NCBI GenBank assembly: GCA_964595865.1
Contig: CAZQRL010000006.1
Span: 71,738-135,737 of the forward strand
Reading direction: 5' to 3'
DNA length: 64,000 bases
Origin: an uncultured Chthoniobacteraceae bacterium
Lineage (GTDB): Bacteria; Verrucomicrobiota; Verrucomicrobiia; Chthoniobacterales; DYNR01
Shown here: piece by piece, positions 18,566 to 29,043 of the stretch
How positions within the stretch are numbered: the stretch's first letter is position 1
Layout: every line of letters begins with the position of its first letter
Program-made: the position numbers and the translations under genes
Notes under the pieces: generated by a model
What the model saw: only the letters and a program-made list of their open reading frames with translations
Databases searched by the model: none
Told to the model about the DNA's origin: nothing

Positions 18566-18924
18566 ACCCAATCCGCCGCAGACCGTAGCGCTCAAAGACT
18601 GGATCGCTGCCGCTCACCCGCAAAATCTGCCGCCAAGCCTGCGCCGTCATCGGGCGGTCAAAAGGGTCGCCATAGTGGTGCAGCAGATCACAGGTAGTCC
18701 TTGAAGCACTCAAGAGGTTCATCGAAGTCCGCTGCCACGTAAAAGCCCGGCTCCTTGCCGCACTCGCGCCGGGCTTTTTTTCTTCGGCCAACTCGGAACC
18801 AACTCTGCCACCGGCTTTCCGCGCCGTTGAATAATCATTTTCTCCCGGTCTCCACCGCGTCCAGCAGCTTCGACAAGTTTGTCTTTGCCGCAAAAGCATC
18901 GTCGGTATTCGCTGAAACGGTCAC
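18566..18924 (-). pseudogene. Decayed Phd/YefM antitoxin plus PIN toxin pair
   Basis: AFAAKTNLSKLLDAVETG continues as EKMIIQRRGKPVAELVP only after a 1-nt frameshift; downstream only the PIN C-terminal remnant HHYGDPFDRPMTAQA...SDPVFERYGLRRI remains (about 18566-18686). Confidence 0.75.
18741..18780. terminator. Bidirectional terminator-like hairpin
   Basis: AAAAGCCCGGC...GCCGGGCTTTT (11-bp arms), T-tract on + strand and T4 on - strand. Confidence 0.55.
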
Positions 18925-18953
18925 TCACTAGTTCAACCAGTTTGATTGGTCAA
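18925..18953 (-). promoter_or_regulatory. Sigma70-like promoter/operator of the decayed TA pair
   Basis: TTGACC-17 nt-TAGTGA overlapping the short palindromes AACTGGTT (imperfect) and ACTAGT. Confidence 0.45.
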
Positions 18954-19031
18954 GAGCAGCCCTGCGGGGTTCGGGCGGGTGGAACGTCTCGCGGCTTGTT
19001 TCTCGTGCTGGGCTCTGGCATAAGGGGCGCA

Positions 19032-19973
19032 ATGAGCGTGCAAAAACTGCGGGTAGGCGTAGCGGGGGTGGGACACATCGGGATCAACCATGCGCGGATT
19101 TACAGCGAGCTGCCGGAGTGTGAGTTGACGGCGATTTTTGATGCCAATGCCAAGAACGCTGCGGCGGCGGCGAAAAAATATCGTGCTCCGGTGGCGGAGA
19201 CGTTGGAGGAGTTTGCCTCGCTGGTGGATGCCGCTTCCGTCGCCACTCCCACGGTGACCCACCACCAAATCGGCAGCTTTCTCATGCGGCAGGGCAAGCA
19301 CCTGCTCATTGAAAAGCCCATTGCCGATAGTGCTGATCACGCCCGAGAGTTGGCGGCCTTGGCGGAGGCGCATGGTTGTGTGCTCCAGGTGGGACACGTG
19401 GAGCGCTTCAATCCAGCATTGCATGCTTTGGAGGCGAAGTTGAAAAATCCGCGCTTTTTGGAAGTGACGCGACTCTCCCCCTATCCCGAACGCAGCACCG
19501 ATATCGGAGTGGTGCTCGATCTGATGATTCACGACCTGGAGATAATCCTGCATTTGGTGCGTTCGCCCATCGAGCGCGTGGACCCGGTGGGCATCGCGGT
19601 GCTGAGTAAAGGGGAAGACATCGCCAACGTGCGCCTGAAATTCGCCAATGGCTGTGTGGCCAATGTCACCGCCAGTCGCATCAGTTCGGAGCGCGTGCGG
19701 AAAATTCGTGTCTTTCAGGAAGACGCCTATCTGTCGCTGGACTACCAGAACCAGGAAGGGAAAATGTATCGGTTGGTGGAAGGAAAGATTGTGCGCGAGA
19801 AAGTGGAGATCATTCGTGGCGAGCCTTTGAAAAACGAGTTGGCGGCCTTCGTGCAGTGTGCCAGGGAGGGCTTGCAACCAAAGGTCTCGGGGCATGAGGC
19901 TGCCGCAGCTCTGGATTTGGCTCTCCAGATCACGCGGCAGATCGAAGAGGAAGATCCTCGACGACCGCGATGA
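19032..19973 (+). CDS. Gfo/Idh/MocA oxidoreductase, GnnA-like UDP-GlcNAc 3-dehydrogenase
   Basis: VAGVGHIG, LIEKPI, QVGHVERFNPA, VVLDLMIHDL; overlaps lpxB start by 4 nt. Confidence 0.75.
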   Translation: MSVQKLRVGVAGVGHIGINHARIYSELPECELTAIFDANAKNAAAAAKKYRAPVAETLEEFASLVDAASVATPTVTHHQIGSFLMRQGKHLLIEKPIADSADHARELAALAEAHGCVLQVGHVERFNPALHALEAKLKNPRFLEVTRLSPYPERSTDIGVVLDLMIHDLEIILHLVRSPIERVDPVGIAVLSKGEDIANVRLKFANGCVANVTASRISSERVRKIRVFQEDAYLSLDYQNQEGKMYRLVEGKIVREKVEIIRGEPLKNELAAFVQCAREGLQPKVSGHEAAAALDLALQITRQIEEEDPRRPR

Positions 19974-21133
19974 GCACTGGGCGTCGGGTGGCGCTGGTGG
20001 TTGGGGAAGAGAGCGGAGACGCCCGGGCGGCTTCGGTGGTGCGGGCTTTGCAGGAGTTGGCTCCGGATCTGACCTTCTTTGGCCTGGGAGGACCACGTTT
20101 GCAACGGCTTTGCCAACCGCCTTTTGCCAACTGGATCGCAGAGGCCGGCGTGGTGGGACTTTGGGATGTTCTGAAAAAATACACGTGGTTCCGCGCCCGC
20201 TTTGCGGAAATCCGCACTTGGCTTTTGCAGACCAAGCCGACGGCGATTGTTTTCGTGGATTACCCCGGCTTCAACCTGCGCTTGGCCAAAGCCCTCCGTC
20301 CACTGCTGCCCCACACCCGTTTCATTTACTACATTAGCCCGCAAGTTTGGGCTTGGAACCGCGGGCGGATTCCGCGCATGGCCCGCTTCCTGGACGCCAT
20401 GCTTTGCCTTTTTCCCTTTGAGGTGCCGCTCTACGAGGCTTCGGGGTTGCCGGCTCTTTGCGTGGGGCATCCTTTGGCAGAGGAAATTCGCCATCCCAAC
20501 CCGGCTTTGCCCAGGCAGGAGGACTTGCTGGGTTTGTTTCCAGGCAGTCGGGTGCGCGAGGTGCACAAGTTGTTTCCCGTGATGTTGGAGGCTTGCCAGA
20601 GAATGTTACCTTCGCATCCGGAGCTGCGCTTTGTCGCGGCGGCGGCCAGGCCATCTTTGCGCGACTGGATGGAGGCTGAGGTGCGCCGCACTCGGTTGCC
20701 TGTGCAAATTCTTACCGGGGAAGCCCGGGCGATCATGCAGCAAGCGGCTTTTGCCTGGGTGTGTTCGGGCACTGCGACCCTGGAAGCGGCCCTGCTCGGG
20801 CTGCCGCATGCCATCGTGTATAAGACCTCTTGGCTGACTTACGAAGTCGGTCGGCGAGTCATTCGGGTGCCGCATTTGGGCATGGTGAATATCCTCGCTG
20901 GGCGAGAGGTGGCGCCAGAGTTTATCCAGAATCAATGCCAAGCCTTTCAACTGGCAGATTGTGCCCTGCGTTATCTGAATGACCCCGCAGGACGGGCGGA
21001 ACTCGCCGAGGCTCTGCGCTCGGCCAGTGAATCCATCGGCCAAAGCGCTCAGAGCGAAGCGCCCTCGGTGCAGGCGGCACGGGCGATCTTGCGGGTGCTT
21101 GACGGGCAAGCCCTGCTAACTCCAGCGGGATGA
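19970..21133 (+). CDS. lpxB: Lipid-A-disaccharide synthase
   Basis: VVGEESGD, VDYPGFNLRLA, YISPQVWAWNRGR, LFPGSRVREV, SGTATLEAAL. Confidence 0.95.
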   Translation: MSTGRRVALVVGEESGDARAASVVRALQELAPDLTFFGLGGPRLQRLCQPPFANWIAEAGVVGLWDVLKKYTWFRARFAEIRTWLLQTKPTAIVFVDYPGFNLRLAKALRPLLPHTRFIYYISPQVWAWNRGRIPRMARFLDAMLCLFPFEVPLYEASGLPALCVGHPLAEEIRHPNPALPRQEDLLGLFPGSRVREVHKLFPVMLEACQRMLPSHPELRFVAAAARPSLRDWMEAEVRRTRLPVQILTGEARAIMQQAAFAWVCSGTATLEAALLGLPHAIVYKTSWLTYEVGRRVIRVPHLGMVNILAGREVAPEFIQNQCQAFQLADCALRYLNDPAGRAELAEALRSASESIGQSAQSEAPSVQAARAILRVLDGQALLTPAG

Positions 21134-22023
21134 CCGCTCACTCCCAATGCCCCTTGCCTCGCTGGAGGCGCATTCTCCTCGAGACCTTCAATCTCATGGG
21201 GCGTTCGGGCATCAGCCAAAACTCTGCGGCCTTTGCCTACTACGCCCTCTTTGCGATCTTCCCCTTCTTGGCCTTGATTGTGTCAGTGGGCTCCTGGTTC
21301 TTTGCACCGCAGCAGGTGCAGGAAACTTTGCGGGATTTTCTTCCTGCCGGAGCGGGTGAACAGCAGCTGATTGCCGAAGGAGTGCGGGCCTTGCAAAGCG
21401 CCCATAGCGGGGTCAATGCCGCTTTTTTGCTCGTCTTCCTTTGGGCGGGGGCACGATTTTTTCAGGCGTTGGTCCACGGGGTCAATCTGGCTTGGCATAC
21501 CGAACCTCTGCCGTGGTGGCAGCTGCCGTTGAAAAATCTGGCCATGGTGCTGGCGGTATTGGTGGGGGCCATGTTTGGCGTGCTGGTCCCGATCATCATG
21601 CAGGTCTTACAAGCCGGTTTGTTGTTTTTTGAGGAGGAGGTGCAGCGTTACTTTCCGGAGCTGCATTTCGCCTCCTACTTCCAATGGATCAGCCTCTTTC
21701 GCTTTCTGCTCGGCTTCCTTTTTATTTTTTACGCCATTTCCGTGCTTTACCTGCTGGCTCCGCGCCGCCGCATTACCTTTCGGCAAATTTGGTTCGCCGC
21801 CTTTTTGGTGACCTTGCTCTTGCAAGTCGGGCAGAATGTTTTTGTCACTTTGGTGCCACGCTTCATTCACTACAACGCGATTTATGGCACGGTCGGAAGT
21901 TTGATGTTTTTGCTGATGTGGATTTACATTTCCGGCATGCTGATACTCTTTGGGGCCTGTCTGGCGGCAGCCTGGGACCAGGTGAATGCAGAGGATCGGC
22001 TTGGGGAGGGTGAATTAGTCTGA
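21130..22023 (+). CDS. YihY/BrkB (virulence factor) family membrane protein
   Basis: SAAFAYYALFAIFP, YNAIYGTVGSLMFLLMWIY. Confidence 0.9.
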   Translation: MTAHSQCPLPRWRRILLETFNLMGRSGISQNSAAFAYYALFAIFPFLALIVSVGSWFFAPQQVQETLRDFLPAGAGEQQLIAEGVRALQSAHSGVNAAFLLVFLWAGARFFQALVHGVNLAWHTEPLPWWQLPLKNLAMVLAVLVGAMFGVLVPIIMQVLQAGLLFFEEEVQRYFPELHFASYFQWISLFRFLLGFLFIFYAISVLYLLAPRRRITFRQIWFAAFLVTLLLQVGQNVFVTLVPRFIHYNAIYGTVGSLMFLLMWIYISGMLILFGACLAAAWDQVNAEDRLGEGELV

Positions 22024-22971
22024 GACTGGTGGGGCCTTCAGGGGCGGCTTGAGGCGGGAGCGGGGGTGAAACTCGGCATGGACGCGGCGCAGACGGGCGG
22101 ATTCCACGTGGGTGTAAATCTGCGTGGTAGCCAGATCGGCGTGACCGAGAAGCTCCTGAATGACCCGCAAGTCCGCGCCATTGGCTAGGAGATGCGTGGC
22201 GAAGGAATGACGAAAGAGATGCGGATAGACATTCTCTGACAAGCCCACCATGGCAGCGTAGTGCTTGGCCAGTTGCCAAATACGCTGGGGAGTGAGGGCT
22301 CGTCCGCGCAGACTCAGAAAAACTTGCGCGCCCGTCTTGGGACGCACCCAGTTCGGACGCACCGTCTGGAGGTAATGCTGGAGCGCCTCGACGGCTCTGG
22401 TGCCAATCGGAACCAAACGGGTCTTATCACCTTTGCCAGTGACCCGCAAGGTGCGTTCTTCCAGGCTGATTTCCTCCAAACGGAGTCGGCAGATTTCCGC
22501 AACGCGTAGCCCGCACGCATAGAGCACTTCAAAAATCGCCCGATCCCGCACTCCTTGGGGCGTGGAGGTGGGAATCATTTCCAGCAATTTCGCCACTTGC
22601 TCCGGATGCAAGGTCTCCGGAAGGGCGCGCCCAATTTTCGGCGTCGGAAGGTGCCGGGCGGGGTCCGCCGAAAGGACCCGACGAGCGGCGAGGAAGCGAA
22701 AAAAAATGCGCAGAGCAACGGCTTCGAGTTTGATGGAGGCTGGAGCCAGCCCGAGTTGCTTGCGCTGGGCCAGGTAGCGGCTGAGATCGGCGGGTTCGAT
22801 GTGGGCCCAATCGGCTTTGCATGCCTGGCCCGCCCAGCGCGCGAAGGTTTCCAAGGAATGACGGGTAGAGAGCTGATAGGCGGTGGAGAGACCTTTTTCG
22901 GCGTCGAGGTAAGCGATGAACTCATCCACCGCCTCGAGGAATGCCGGGGGAATTTCGGCGGCAGCGGCCAC
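22015..22971 (-). CDS. xerD: Site-specific tyrosine recombinase XerD/XerC
   Basis: LYACGLRVAE, TGKGDKTRLVP, HLFRHSFATHLLANGADLRVIQELLGHADLATTQIYTHV. XerD versus XerC not resolvable by eye. Confidence 0.8.
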   Translation of the reverse strand: MAAAAEIPPAFLEAVDEFIAYLDAEKGLSTAYQLSTRHSLETFARWAGQACKADWAHIEPADLSRYLAQRKQLGLAPASIKLEAVALRIFFRFLAARRVLSADPARHLPTPKIGRALPETLHPEQVAKLLEMIPTSTPQGVRDRAIFEVLYACGLRVAEICRLRLEEISLEERTLRVTGKGDKTRLVPIGTRAVEALQHYLQTVRPNWVRPKTGAQVFLSLRGRALTPQRIWQLAKHYAAMVGLSENVYPHLFRHSFATHLLANGADLRVIQELLGHADLATTQIYTHVESARLRRVHAEFHPRSRLKPPLKAPPVSD

Positions 22972-22991
22972 AGGAGACGCGCTTGGCGTGG

Positions 22992-23456
22992 TTAGTTCCC
23001 GGTGGCCTCCAAGCCGGCTACCTTTTGCAAGCGCCGCAGGTGGCGAGGTGCGTGGCTGTATTGAGCCTCGAGAAAAGTGCCCACCAGGTCCCAGGCAAGT
23101 TCGCTGCCCTCGGTTCGACCACCGAGGCAGAGGATATTCAGGTGGTCATCTTCGACACCTTGGCGGGCGGAGAAGTGATCATGAATCAGCGCCGCCCGGG
23201 CTCCCCGGACTTTATTGGCACAAACGCAGGCTCCGACTCCGCTGCCGCAGAGAGCCACCCCGCGTTCGACTTCTCCTCCAGCCACGGCGCGGGCCAACGG
23301 CACCACGTAGTCAGGGTAGTCATCGCCTTCGACCAATTCGTGTGCCCCGAAATCCCGCACTGCAAAACCCGCCGCCAAAAGGCGCATCCGCAGAGCTTCT
23401 TTGAGCTCGAAGCCCCCGTGATCTGCCGCGAGCCCGATGATACGCGAGCTGCTCAT
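22992..23456 (-). CDS. rpiB: Ribose-5-phosphate isomerase B
   Basis: [35 protein letters not shown]. Confidence 0.93.
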   Translation of the reverse strand: MSSSRIIGLAADHGGFELKEALRMRLLAAGFAVRDFGAHELVEGDDYPDYVVPLARAVAGGEVERGVALCGSGVGACVCANKVRGARAALIHDHFSARQGVEDDHLNILCLGGRTEGSELAWDLVGTFLEAQYSHAPRHLRRLQKVAGLEATGN

Positions 23457-25096
23457 GTGAAGGGCTGGCCTGACTTCATGGCCCGGTAACGCCGGATGAG
23501 GGCATTTGTCGAGCTGTCGTGTTGCAAGGTCGGCTCGGAGTCTGCTTCCAATTCCGGAACGATTTTTTGCGCCAAGACCTTGCCCAATTCCACCCCCCAT
23601 TGGTCGAAAGAATTGATCCCCCAAATGACCCCTTGCACGAAGACACTGTGCTCGTAGAGGGCAACCAGTCGGCCCAAAGTGGCCGGATCGAGACGCTCAG
23701 CCAGGAGGACATTGGAGGGCCGATTCCCCGGAAAAACCCGGTGGGGCACCAACCATTCTGGAGTGCCTTCGGCGCGCACCTGCTCGGCGGTTTTGCCAAA
23801 AGCCAGGGCCTCAGATTGCGCGAAGACATTGCTTATAAGCAAATCGTGGTGCCGACCCAAGGGATTCGCGGTGTGAGCAAACGCAATGAAATCACACGGA
23901 ATCAAGCGCGTGCCCTGGTGGATGAGTTGGTAGAAAGAATGTTGTCCGTTGGTGCCGGGCTCGCCCCAGTAAATCGCCCCAGTGGGGGTATCCACGGGTT
24001 GTCCGGCCAAGGTCACAGATTTCCCATTGCTCTCCATGGTCAGCTGTTGCAGGTAAGCCGGGAAGCGCTTCAGATACTGCTCGTAAGGCAGCACCGCCTG
24101 CGTTTGCGCATCGAAGAAGTCATTATACCAGACCGAGAGCAGCCCCAGAATGGCGGGCAGATTGCGCTCCAGTGGGGCGTTGCGAAAATGTTCATCCATC
24201 TCGTGGAAGCCTGCCAGCATTTCCGCGAAGGCTTCTGGTCCGATCGCCAACATGGTTGACAGCCCGATGGCTGAATCCATCGAATAGCGCCCCCCAACCC
24301 AGTCCCAGAAACCGAACATATTGGCCGGATCAATGCCAAACTCCCGCACCTTGGCCTCACTCGTGGAAACGGCGACAAAATGCCGCGCCACCGCCGCCTC
24401 ATCGCCGCCTAGCCCTGCCAGTGCCCAAGCCCGCGCACTGTGTGCGTTGGTCATGGTTTCAAGGGTGGTGAAGGTTTTGGAAGAGATAATGAAAAGCGTT
24501 TCTGCCGGATCGAGGTCGTGGGTGGCTTCGACAAAGTCGGTGCTGTCCACGTTTGAAACAAAGCGGAAGGTGCGGCGGCGGTCGGAGTAAGCCCGCAGGG
24601 CTTCATAAGCCATCACGGGGCCTAAATCGGAGCCGCCGATGCCGATATTCACGATGTTGCGAATGGGCTTGCCGGTATGTCCTTTCCAATCTCCGGAGCG
24701 CACCTGCCGGGCAAACTCAGCCATCTTATCTAGGACCGCATGCACCGCCGGAACCACGTTCTCGCCTTCCACTTCAATCACCGCATCTCGCGGAGCCCGC
24801 AGAGCCACGTGTAAAACCGCGCGATTCTCGGTGATGTTGATTTTTTCCCCGCGAAACATCGCTTCCCGATGCTCCGGCAACCCACACTCCTCGGCCAATG
24901 CCACCAGCAGGCGCATCGTCTCTTCGGTGATGCGATTCTTGGAGTAATCCAAGAACAACCCCGCGGCGGAGAGGCTGAGAACGTCGGCGCGGAGCGGGTC
25001 CTCGGCGAAAAGTTCCCGCAGGTGGCGCGGGGCGATGGATTGATGATGGGCGACTAGGGCTTGCCAGGAGGGTTTTGCGGTGAGAGCAGAGTTCAT
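23453..25096 (-). CDS. pgi: Glucose-6-phosphate isomerase
   Basis: [56 protein letters not shown]. Confidence 0.97.
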   Translation of the reverse strand: MNSALTAKPSWQALVAHHQSIAPRHLRELFAEDPLRADVLSLSAAGLFLDYSKNRITEETMRLLVALAEECGLPEHREAMFRGEKINITENRAVLHVALRAPRDAVIEVEGENVVPAVHAVLDKMAEFARQVRSGDWKGHTGKPIRNIVNIGIGGSDLGPVMAYEALRAYSDRRRTFRFVSNVDSTDFVEATHDLDPAETLFIISSKTFTTLETMTNAHSARAWALAGLGGDEAAVARHFVAVSTSEAKVREFGIDPANMFGFWDWVGGRYSMDSAIGLSTMLAIGPEAFAEMLAGFHEMDEHFRNAPLERNLPAILGLLSVWYNDFFDAQTQAVLPYEQYLKRFPAYLQQLTMESNGKSVTLAGQPVDTPTGAIYWGEPGTNGQHSFYQLIHQGTRLIPCDFIAFAHTANPLGRHHDLLISNVFAQSEALAFGKTAEQVRAEGTPEWLVPHRVFPGNRPSNVLLAERLDPATLGRLVALYEHSVFVQGVIWGINSFDQWGVELGKVLAQKIVPELEADSEPTLQHDSSTNALIRRYRAMKSGQPFT

Positions 25097-25258
25097 CTTG
25101 GAGTGGGATTGAAGAGCATTAGCGCCGACAGAGGCAGCTCGGCGACGGCGGTAGTGTTACAGATTGGGCCCCGGAGGAACCAAGTCCAAAGTTCAGCATC
25201 CGCGGGAATCAGGCAGGCTCCGCAAAGGATTTGACCAAGCCCCCACCGTGGTCGCAGG

Positions 25259-27910
25259 ATGCCGCCCCTTGCCCAAACTATGAGTTCACTCACCACCGCC
25301 AAGTTGGCCAAAGCCTACGAGCCCTCGCTGGTCGAAGAGAAATGGTATTCGCACTGGCTGGAGAGGAAGCACTTTACCGCCGATCCCAGCAGCCCCAAAC
25401 CGGCCTTTTCCATCGTGATTCCCCCACCCAACGTTACCGGCGTGCTCACGTTGGGTCATGTGCTGAATAACACCCTTCAAGATATCCTTGCCCGGCGAGC
25501 CCGCTTGCAGGGTTACGAGGTGCTCTGGCTGCCAGGCACCGACCATGCCGGCATCGCCACGCAAACCGTGGTCGAACGCCGTTTGCGCAAGGAAGAAAAA
25601 AAATCGCGGCACGATCTGGGACGGGAAGCCTTCCTGGAAAAAGTCTGGGAGTGGAAAGCCCACCACGGAGGAATCATCATCCAACAGCTCAAAAAACTCG
25701 GTTGCTCCTGCGATTGGAGCCGGGAGCGCTTCACGATGGATGAGGCCTACGCCCGGAAAGTGCAGGAAGTTTTCGTGGACCTCTACCACAAGGGGCTGAT
25801 CTATCGCGGCCAACGCATGGTGAATTGGTGTCCGGTCTCTCTGACCGCCCTCAGCGATGAGGAGGTCATCCCGAAGAAGCAAAAAAGCTATCTCTACTAC
25901 TTCAAAGTCGAAGTGGTGGAGGCCCCGGGCACCTTCTTGGAAATCGCCACCACCCGCCCGGAAACCATCATGGGTGATACGGCCGTCGCAGTGAATCCCC
26001 GGGATCCCCGCTACGCTCCCTTCATCGGCAAACACATCCGCCGCCCCCTCCCCCTGGACCAGCCGGCCCTTTTGCCCATCATCGGAGATGAAGCCGTGGA
26101 TTTTGCCTTCGGCACAGGGGTGCTTAAAGTAACCCCGGCCCACGACAAGGCCGACTACGAAATCGGCTTGCGGCATCAGCTTCCCGTCCTCGAGATCATG
26201 AACCCCGATGGCACCCTCAATGAAATGGCCGGAGAGGAGTTTGCCGGGCTGGATCGCTTCGAGGCTCGGACGCGCGCCGTGGAACGGCTGCGCGAGCTGG
26301 GGGTGCTGGTGAAGGAGGAGCCTTACGAAAATAACGTCGGCTTCAGCGAGCGGGCCGATGTGCCCATCGAGCCCCGCCTGAGCGAACAGTGGTTTTTACG
26401 GTATCCCAAAACAAAAGAAGCATTAAATGCTGTAAAAGAAAGGGTTATTCGATTTTTTCCGAATAGATGGGAAAAAGTCTTCGAGCACTGGATGGAGAAT
26501 TTGCAGGACTGGTGCATCTCGCGACAGCTCTGGTGGGGGCATCGTATTCCGGTGTGGTATCGCACCGATGGGCCATCGGAAACCCGTTGCCAGATTGAAT
26601 CTCCCGGCGAGGGCTGGGAGCAAGACCCGGACGTCCTGGACACCTGGTTTTCCTCGTGGCTCTGGGCACATGAGACCATGGACGAGGCCACCCGGGCCAA
26701 GTTTTATCCGACTAACGTCCTCGTGACGGGCCCGGACATTATCTTTTTCTGGGTGGCCCGGATGATTATGGCAGGGCTGGAATTCACTGGTGAGGTGCCC
26801 TTCCGGGAAGTGGTCTTCACGGGGATTATCCGCGACCGACAAGGGCGAAAAATGGCCAAGAGCCTGGGAAATTCGCCCAATCCTTTGGATTTGATTGCCA
26901 AGCTCGGGGCGGATGGCCTGCGATTTGGCCTGCTGCGCATCGCTCCGCAGGGACAGGACATTCGATTTGACGAGAACCAGGTCGCCGAGGGGCGGAACTT
27001 CTGCAACAAGCTCTGGAATGCCTGCCGGTTCCGCGAGATGCACGGACCCGTAGAGGCCAAAGCCGATCCGCGGAAGACTGAACTCTCGCCATTTGCCAGA
27101 GCGTTGTTGGATCGTCTGGACGCCACCATGGCAAACATTGATGCCGCCTACGCCGAGCATCGCTTTAGCGAAATCGCCCAAACGCTTTATGATTTTGTGT
27201 GGGGAGATTTTTGCGACCGCTTCATCGAAGTCGCCAAGGCGGACCTCTTCGGGGATGACAGCCCGCGCCGCCGTGGCACTTTGGCAACGATAGACTACGT
27301 TCTGCACCGGATTTTGCGGCTTTTGCATCCCTTTGCGCCCTTCGTCACCGAGGAGCTTTGGCACGGTCTGGGTTTCGCAGAGGCGGAGGATTCGATTCAA
27401 TTTGCTGGATGGCCTGTTCCGGGTGGGTGGCGTGATGAGAAGGCGCGGCAATTTAGTGAGGATTTTCACCAAGCTGCCTCCCAGGCTCGCAATTTGCGCG
27501 CGACCTACAACTTGCCATCCAACAAAAAGTTGCCTTGGCTGATAGATCCGGCTTCTGCCAGCGTTGCGGATGAGCTCCCCGTGCTGGCTGCGCTCCTGCA
27601 TGCGGAATCCCTCCAGATACATCGCGAGGCCACTCCACCATCCGGATGCGCCACCACCATCACCCCAGTGGGACGGATTTACCTGCCCTTGGCCGGCCTG
27701 CTGGATCCAGCGGAGGAAAGCAAACGACTGGAGGGCGAACTGCGCAAAGTCGAAAGCGAACTGGCCAAAGTGGCGCAAAAGCTCGCCTCGGAGAATTTCA
27801 TCCGCAATGCTCCCGGGGAGGTGGTGCGAGAACACCGCGAGCGCCAAAGCAAGTGGCAGGAAAAACTCCGCGATCTCCTCCAAGCCCTCGAAGCGTTGCA
27901 GGACTCATAA
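25259..27910 (+). CDS. valS: Valine--tRNA ligase
   Basis: PPPNVTGVLTLGH (HIGH-like), DWCISRQLWWGHRIP, KMAKS (KMSKS-like), C-terminal coiled-coil. Confidence 0.97.
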   Translation: MPPLAQTMSSLTTAKLAKAYEPSLVEEKWYSHWLERKHFTADPSSPKPAFSIVIPPPNVTGVLTLGHVLNNTLQDILARRARLQGYEVLWLPGTDHAGIATQTVVERRLRKEEKKSRHDLGREAFLEKVWEWKAHHGGIIIQQLKKLGCSCDWSRERFTMDEAYARKVQEVFVDLYHKGLIYRGQRMVNWCPVSLTALSDEEVIPKKQKSYLYYFKVEVVEAPGTFLEIATTRPETIMGDTAVAVNPRDPRYAPFIGKHIRRPLPLDQPALLPIIGDEAVDFAFGTGVLKVTPAHDKADYEIGLRHQLPVLEIMNPDGTLNEMAGEEFAGLDRFEARTRAVERLRELGVLVKEEPYENNVGFSERADVPIEPRLSEQWFLRYPKTKEALNAVKERVIRFFPNRWEKVFEHWMENLQDWCISRQLWWGHRIPVWYRTDGPSETRCQIESPGEGWEQDPDVLDTWFSSWLWAHETMDEATRAKFYPTNVLVTGPDIIFFWVARMIMAGLEFTGEVPFREVVFTGIIRDRQGRKMAKSLGNSPNPLDLIAKLGADGLRFGLLRIAPQGQDIRFDENQVAEGRNFCNKLWNACRFREMHGPVEAKADPRKTELSPFARALLDRLDATMANIDAAYAEHRFSEIAQTLYDFVWGDFCDRFIEVAKADLFGDDSPRRRGTLATIDYVLHRILRLLHPFAPFVTEELWHGLGFAEAEDSIQFAGWPVPGGWRDEKARQFSEDFHQAASQARNLRATYNLPSNKKLPWLIDPASASVADELPVLAALLHAESLQIHREATPPSGCATTITPVGRIYLPLAGLLDPAEESKRLEGELRKVESELAKVAQKLASENFIRNAPGEVVREHRERQSKWQEKLRDLLQALEALQDS

Positions 27911-27985
27911 ATTGACGCTGCCGCTCTCTGGGTTGGAGTTTTCCAGTTGAAAGGCCCGTTGGGCTGATTATTGTCCGCTCCCGAA

Positions 27986-28546
27986 ATGACCGCCGCCTCA
28001 CTGACCCCAAGCCTGACCATGGAGGAATTGCTCCTTCGCTTGCCTGGGGCCCGCCGGGCTCTTTTTCGGCTCTACCACATTGGGGGCTGCCAGAGCTGTG
28101 CCTTCCGACCCGACGAAACTTTGGCGGAAGTTTGTCAGCGCAATGGTGGCCTCGATCCTAATAAAGTCTTGGGGCGCATTACCGCGGAGGCCGAACGGGA
28201 AGCCGCGCAGTTGATCGAGCCTAAGGCCCTACAAGCGGCTCTGCAATCCCCCACCCCGCCGCGCTTGGTGGACCTGCGCAGTGAGGAAGAGTTTCAAGTG
28301 GTGCATCTTCCCGGCAGTCAGCGGCTCACCCAGCCTTTGTTGCAGGAAATTCTCCAATCCTGGCCCCGGGGTGGGCACATTGTTCTGCTGGACCACCGCG
28401 GGGAGCGAGGACTCGATGGCGCGGCCTACCTGGCTGGACACGGAATGACCAACGTCCAAGCTCTGCGAGGCGGAATTGACGCTTGGGCTTTGGAAGTCGC
28501 CCCGGAGTTGCCGCGCTACGAAGTGGAGGCGGCCAGCGCTCGCTAA
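27986..28546 (+). CDS. CxxC (DUF1858-like) domain fused to rhodanese-like domain
   Basis: HIGGCQSCAFRPDETLAEVC; LVDLRSEEEF; active-site loop LLDHRGERG; LRGGIDAW. Confidence 0.75.
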   Translation: MTAASLTPSLTMEELLLRLPGARRALFRLYHIGGCQSCAFRPDETLAEVCQRNGGLDPNKVLGRITAEAEREAAQLIEPKALQAALQSPTPPRLVDLRSEEEFQVVHLPGSQRLTQPLLQEILQSWPRGGHIVLLDHRGERGLDGAAYLAGHGMTNVQALRGGIDAWALEVAPELPRYEVEAASAR

Positions 28547-28551
28547 TCCCC

Positions 28552-29043
28552 ATGGATCCCCTCGCCCAACGAATCGAATCGGCCATTGCAGACGCCTCGG
28601 CCATGGGAGAGCTCCCGGATGCGGACCGGGTGGGCACTGCGGGCAGCGAGGCCTGCGGGGATTTGCTGAAAATTTGGCTGAAATTCCGCGAGGAAAAAGG
28701 GCGTCGGGTCATTGACCAAGCGACTTACCAAACCTTTGGCTGTCAAACCGCTTTGGCCGTCGCCAGTGTCGCGGCAAAATTGATTCAAGGCCGCACTGCG
28801 GAAGAAGCTTTGGCCTTGAGTGGTGAAGATCTTGCCGCTCCCTTGGGTGAACTCCCGCCCATGAAAATTCACTGCGCCCAGCTTGTGGAATCGGCTCTGA
28901 AAGATGCTCTCGCCGCCACGAGCAGCCCGGTGCCCCCAGAGCCGTCCCGCTCCGGCGCGCCCGCCGCTACCGGACTTTTTGAAGACTTGGCCTCGCCCAC
29001 CCCCCGCCAAATCAAGATGCTACCCAAGACTGACCACCCATGA
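28552..29043 (+). CDS. IscU/NifU-N/SufU-like Fe-S scaffold protein
   Basis: EACGD, TFGCQTA, KIHCA: three conserved Cys. Confidence 0.85.
   Translation: MDPLAQRIESAIADASAMGELPDADRVGTAGSEACGDLLKIWLKFREEKGRRVIDQATYQTFGCQTALAVASVAAKLIQGRTAEEALALSGEDLAAPLGELPPMKIHCAQLVESALKDALAATSSPVPPEPSRSGAPAATGLFEDLASPTPRQIKMLPKTDHP

Noticed and set aside
22015-22971. Tyrosine recombinase as a prophage or ICE integrase
   Set aside because: Sequence is typical housekeeping XerC/D, it is flanked by core genes, and no att repeats or cargo were seen.
25097-25258. T-box leader before valS
   Set aside because: Too short, and no T-box or antiterminator motif is visible.
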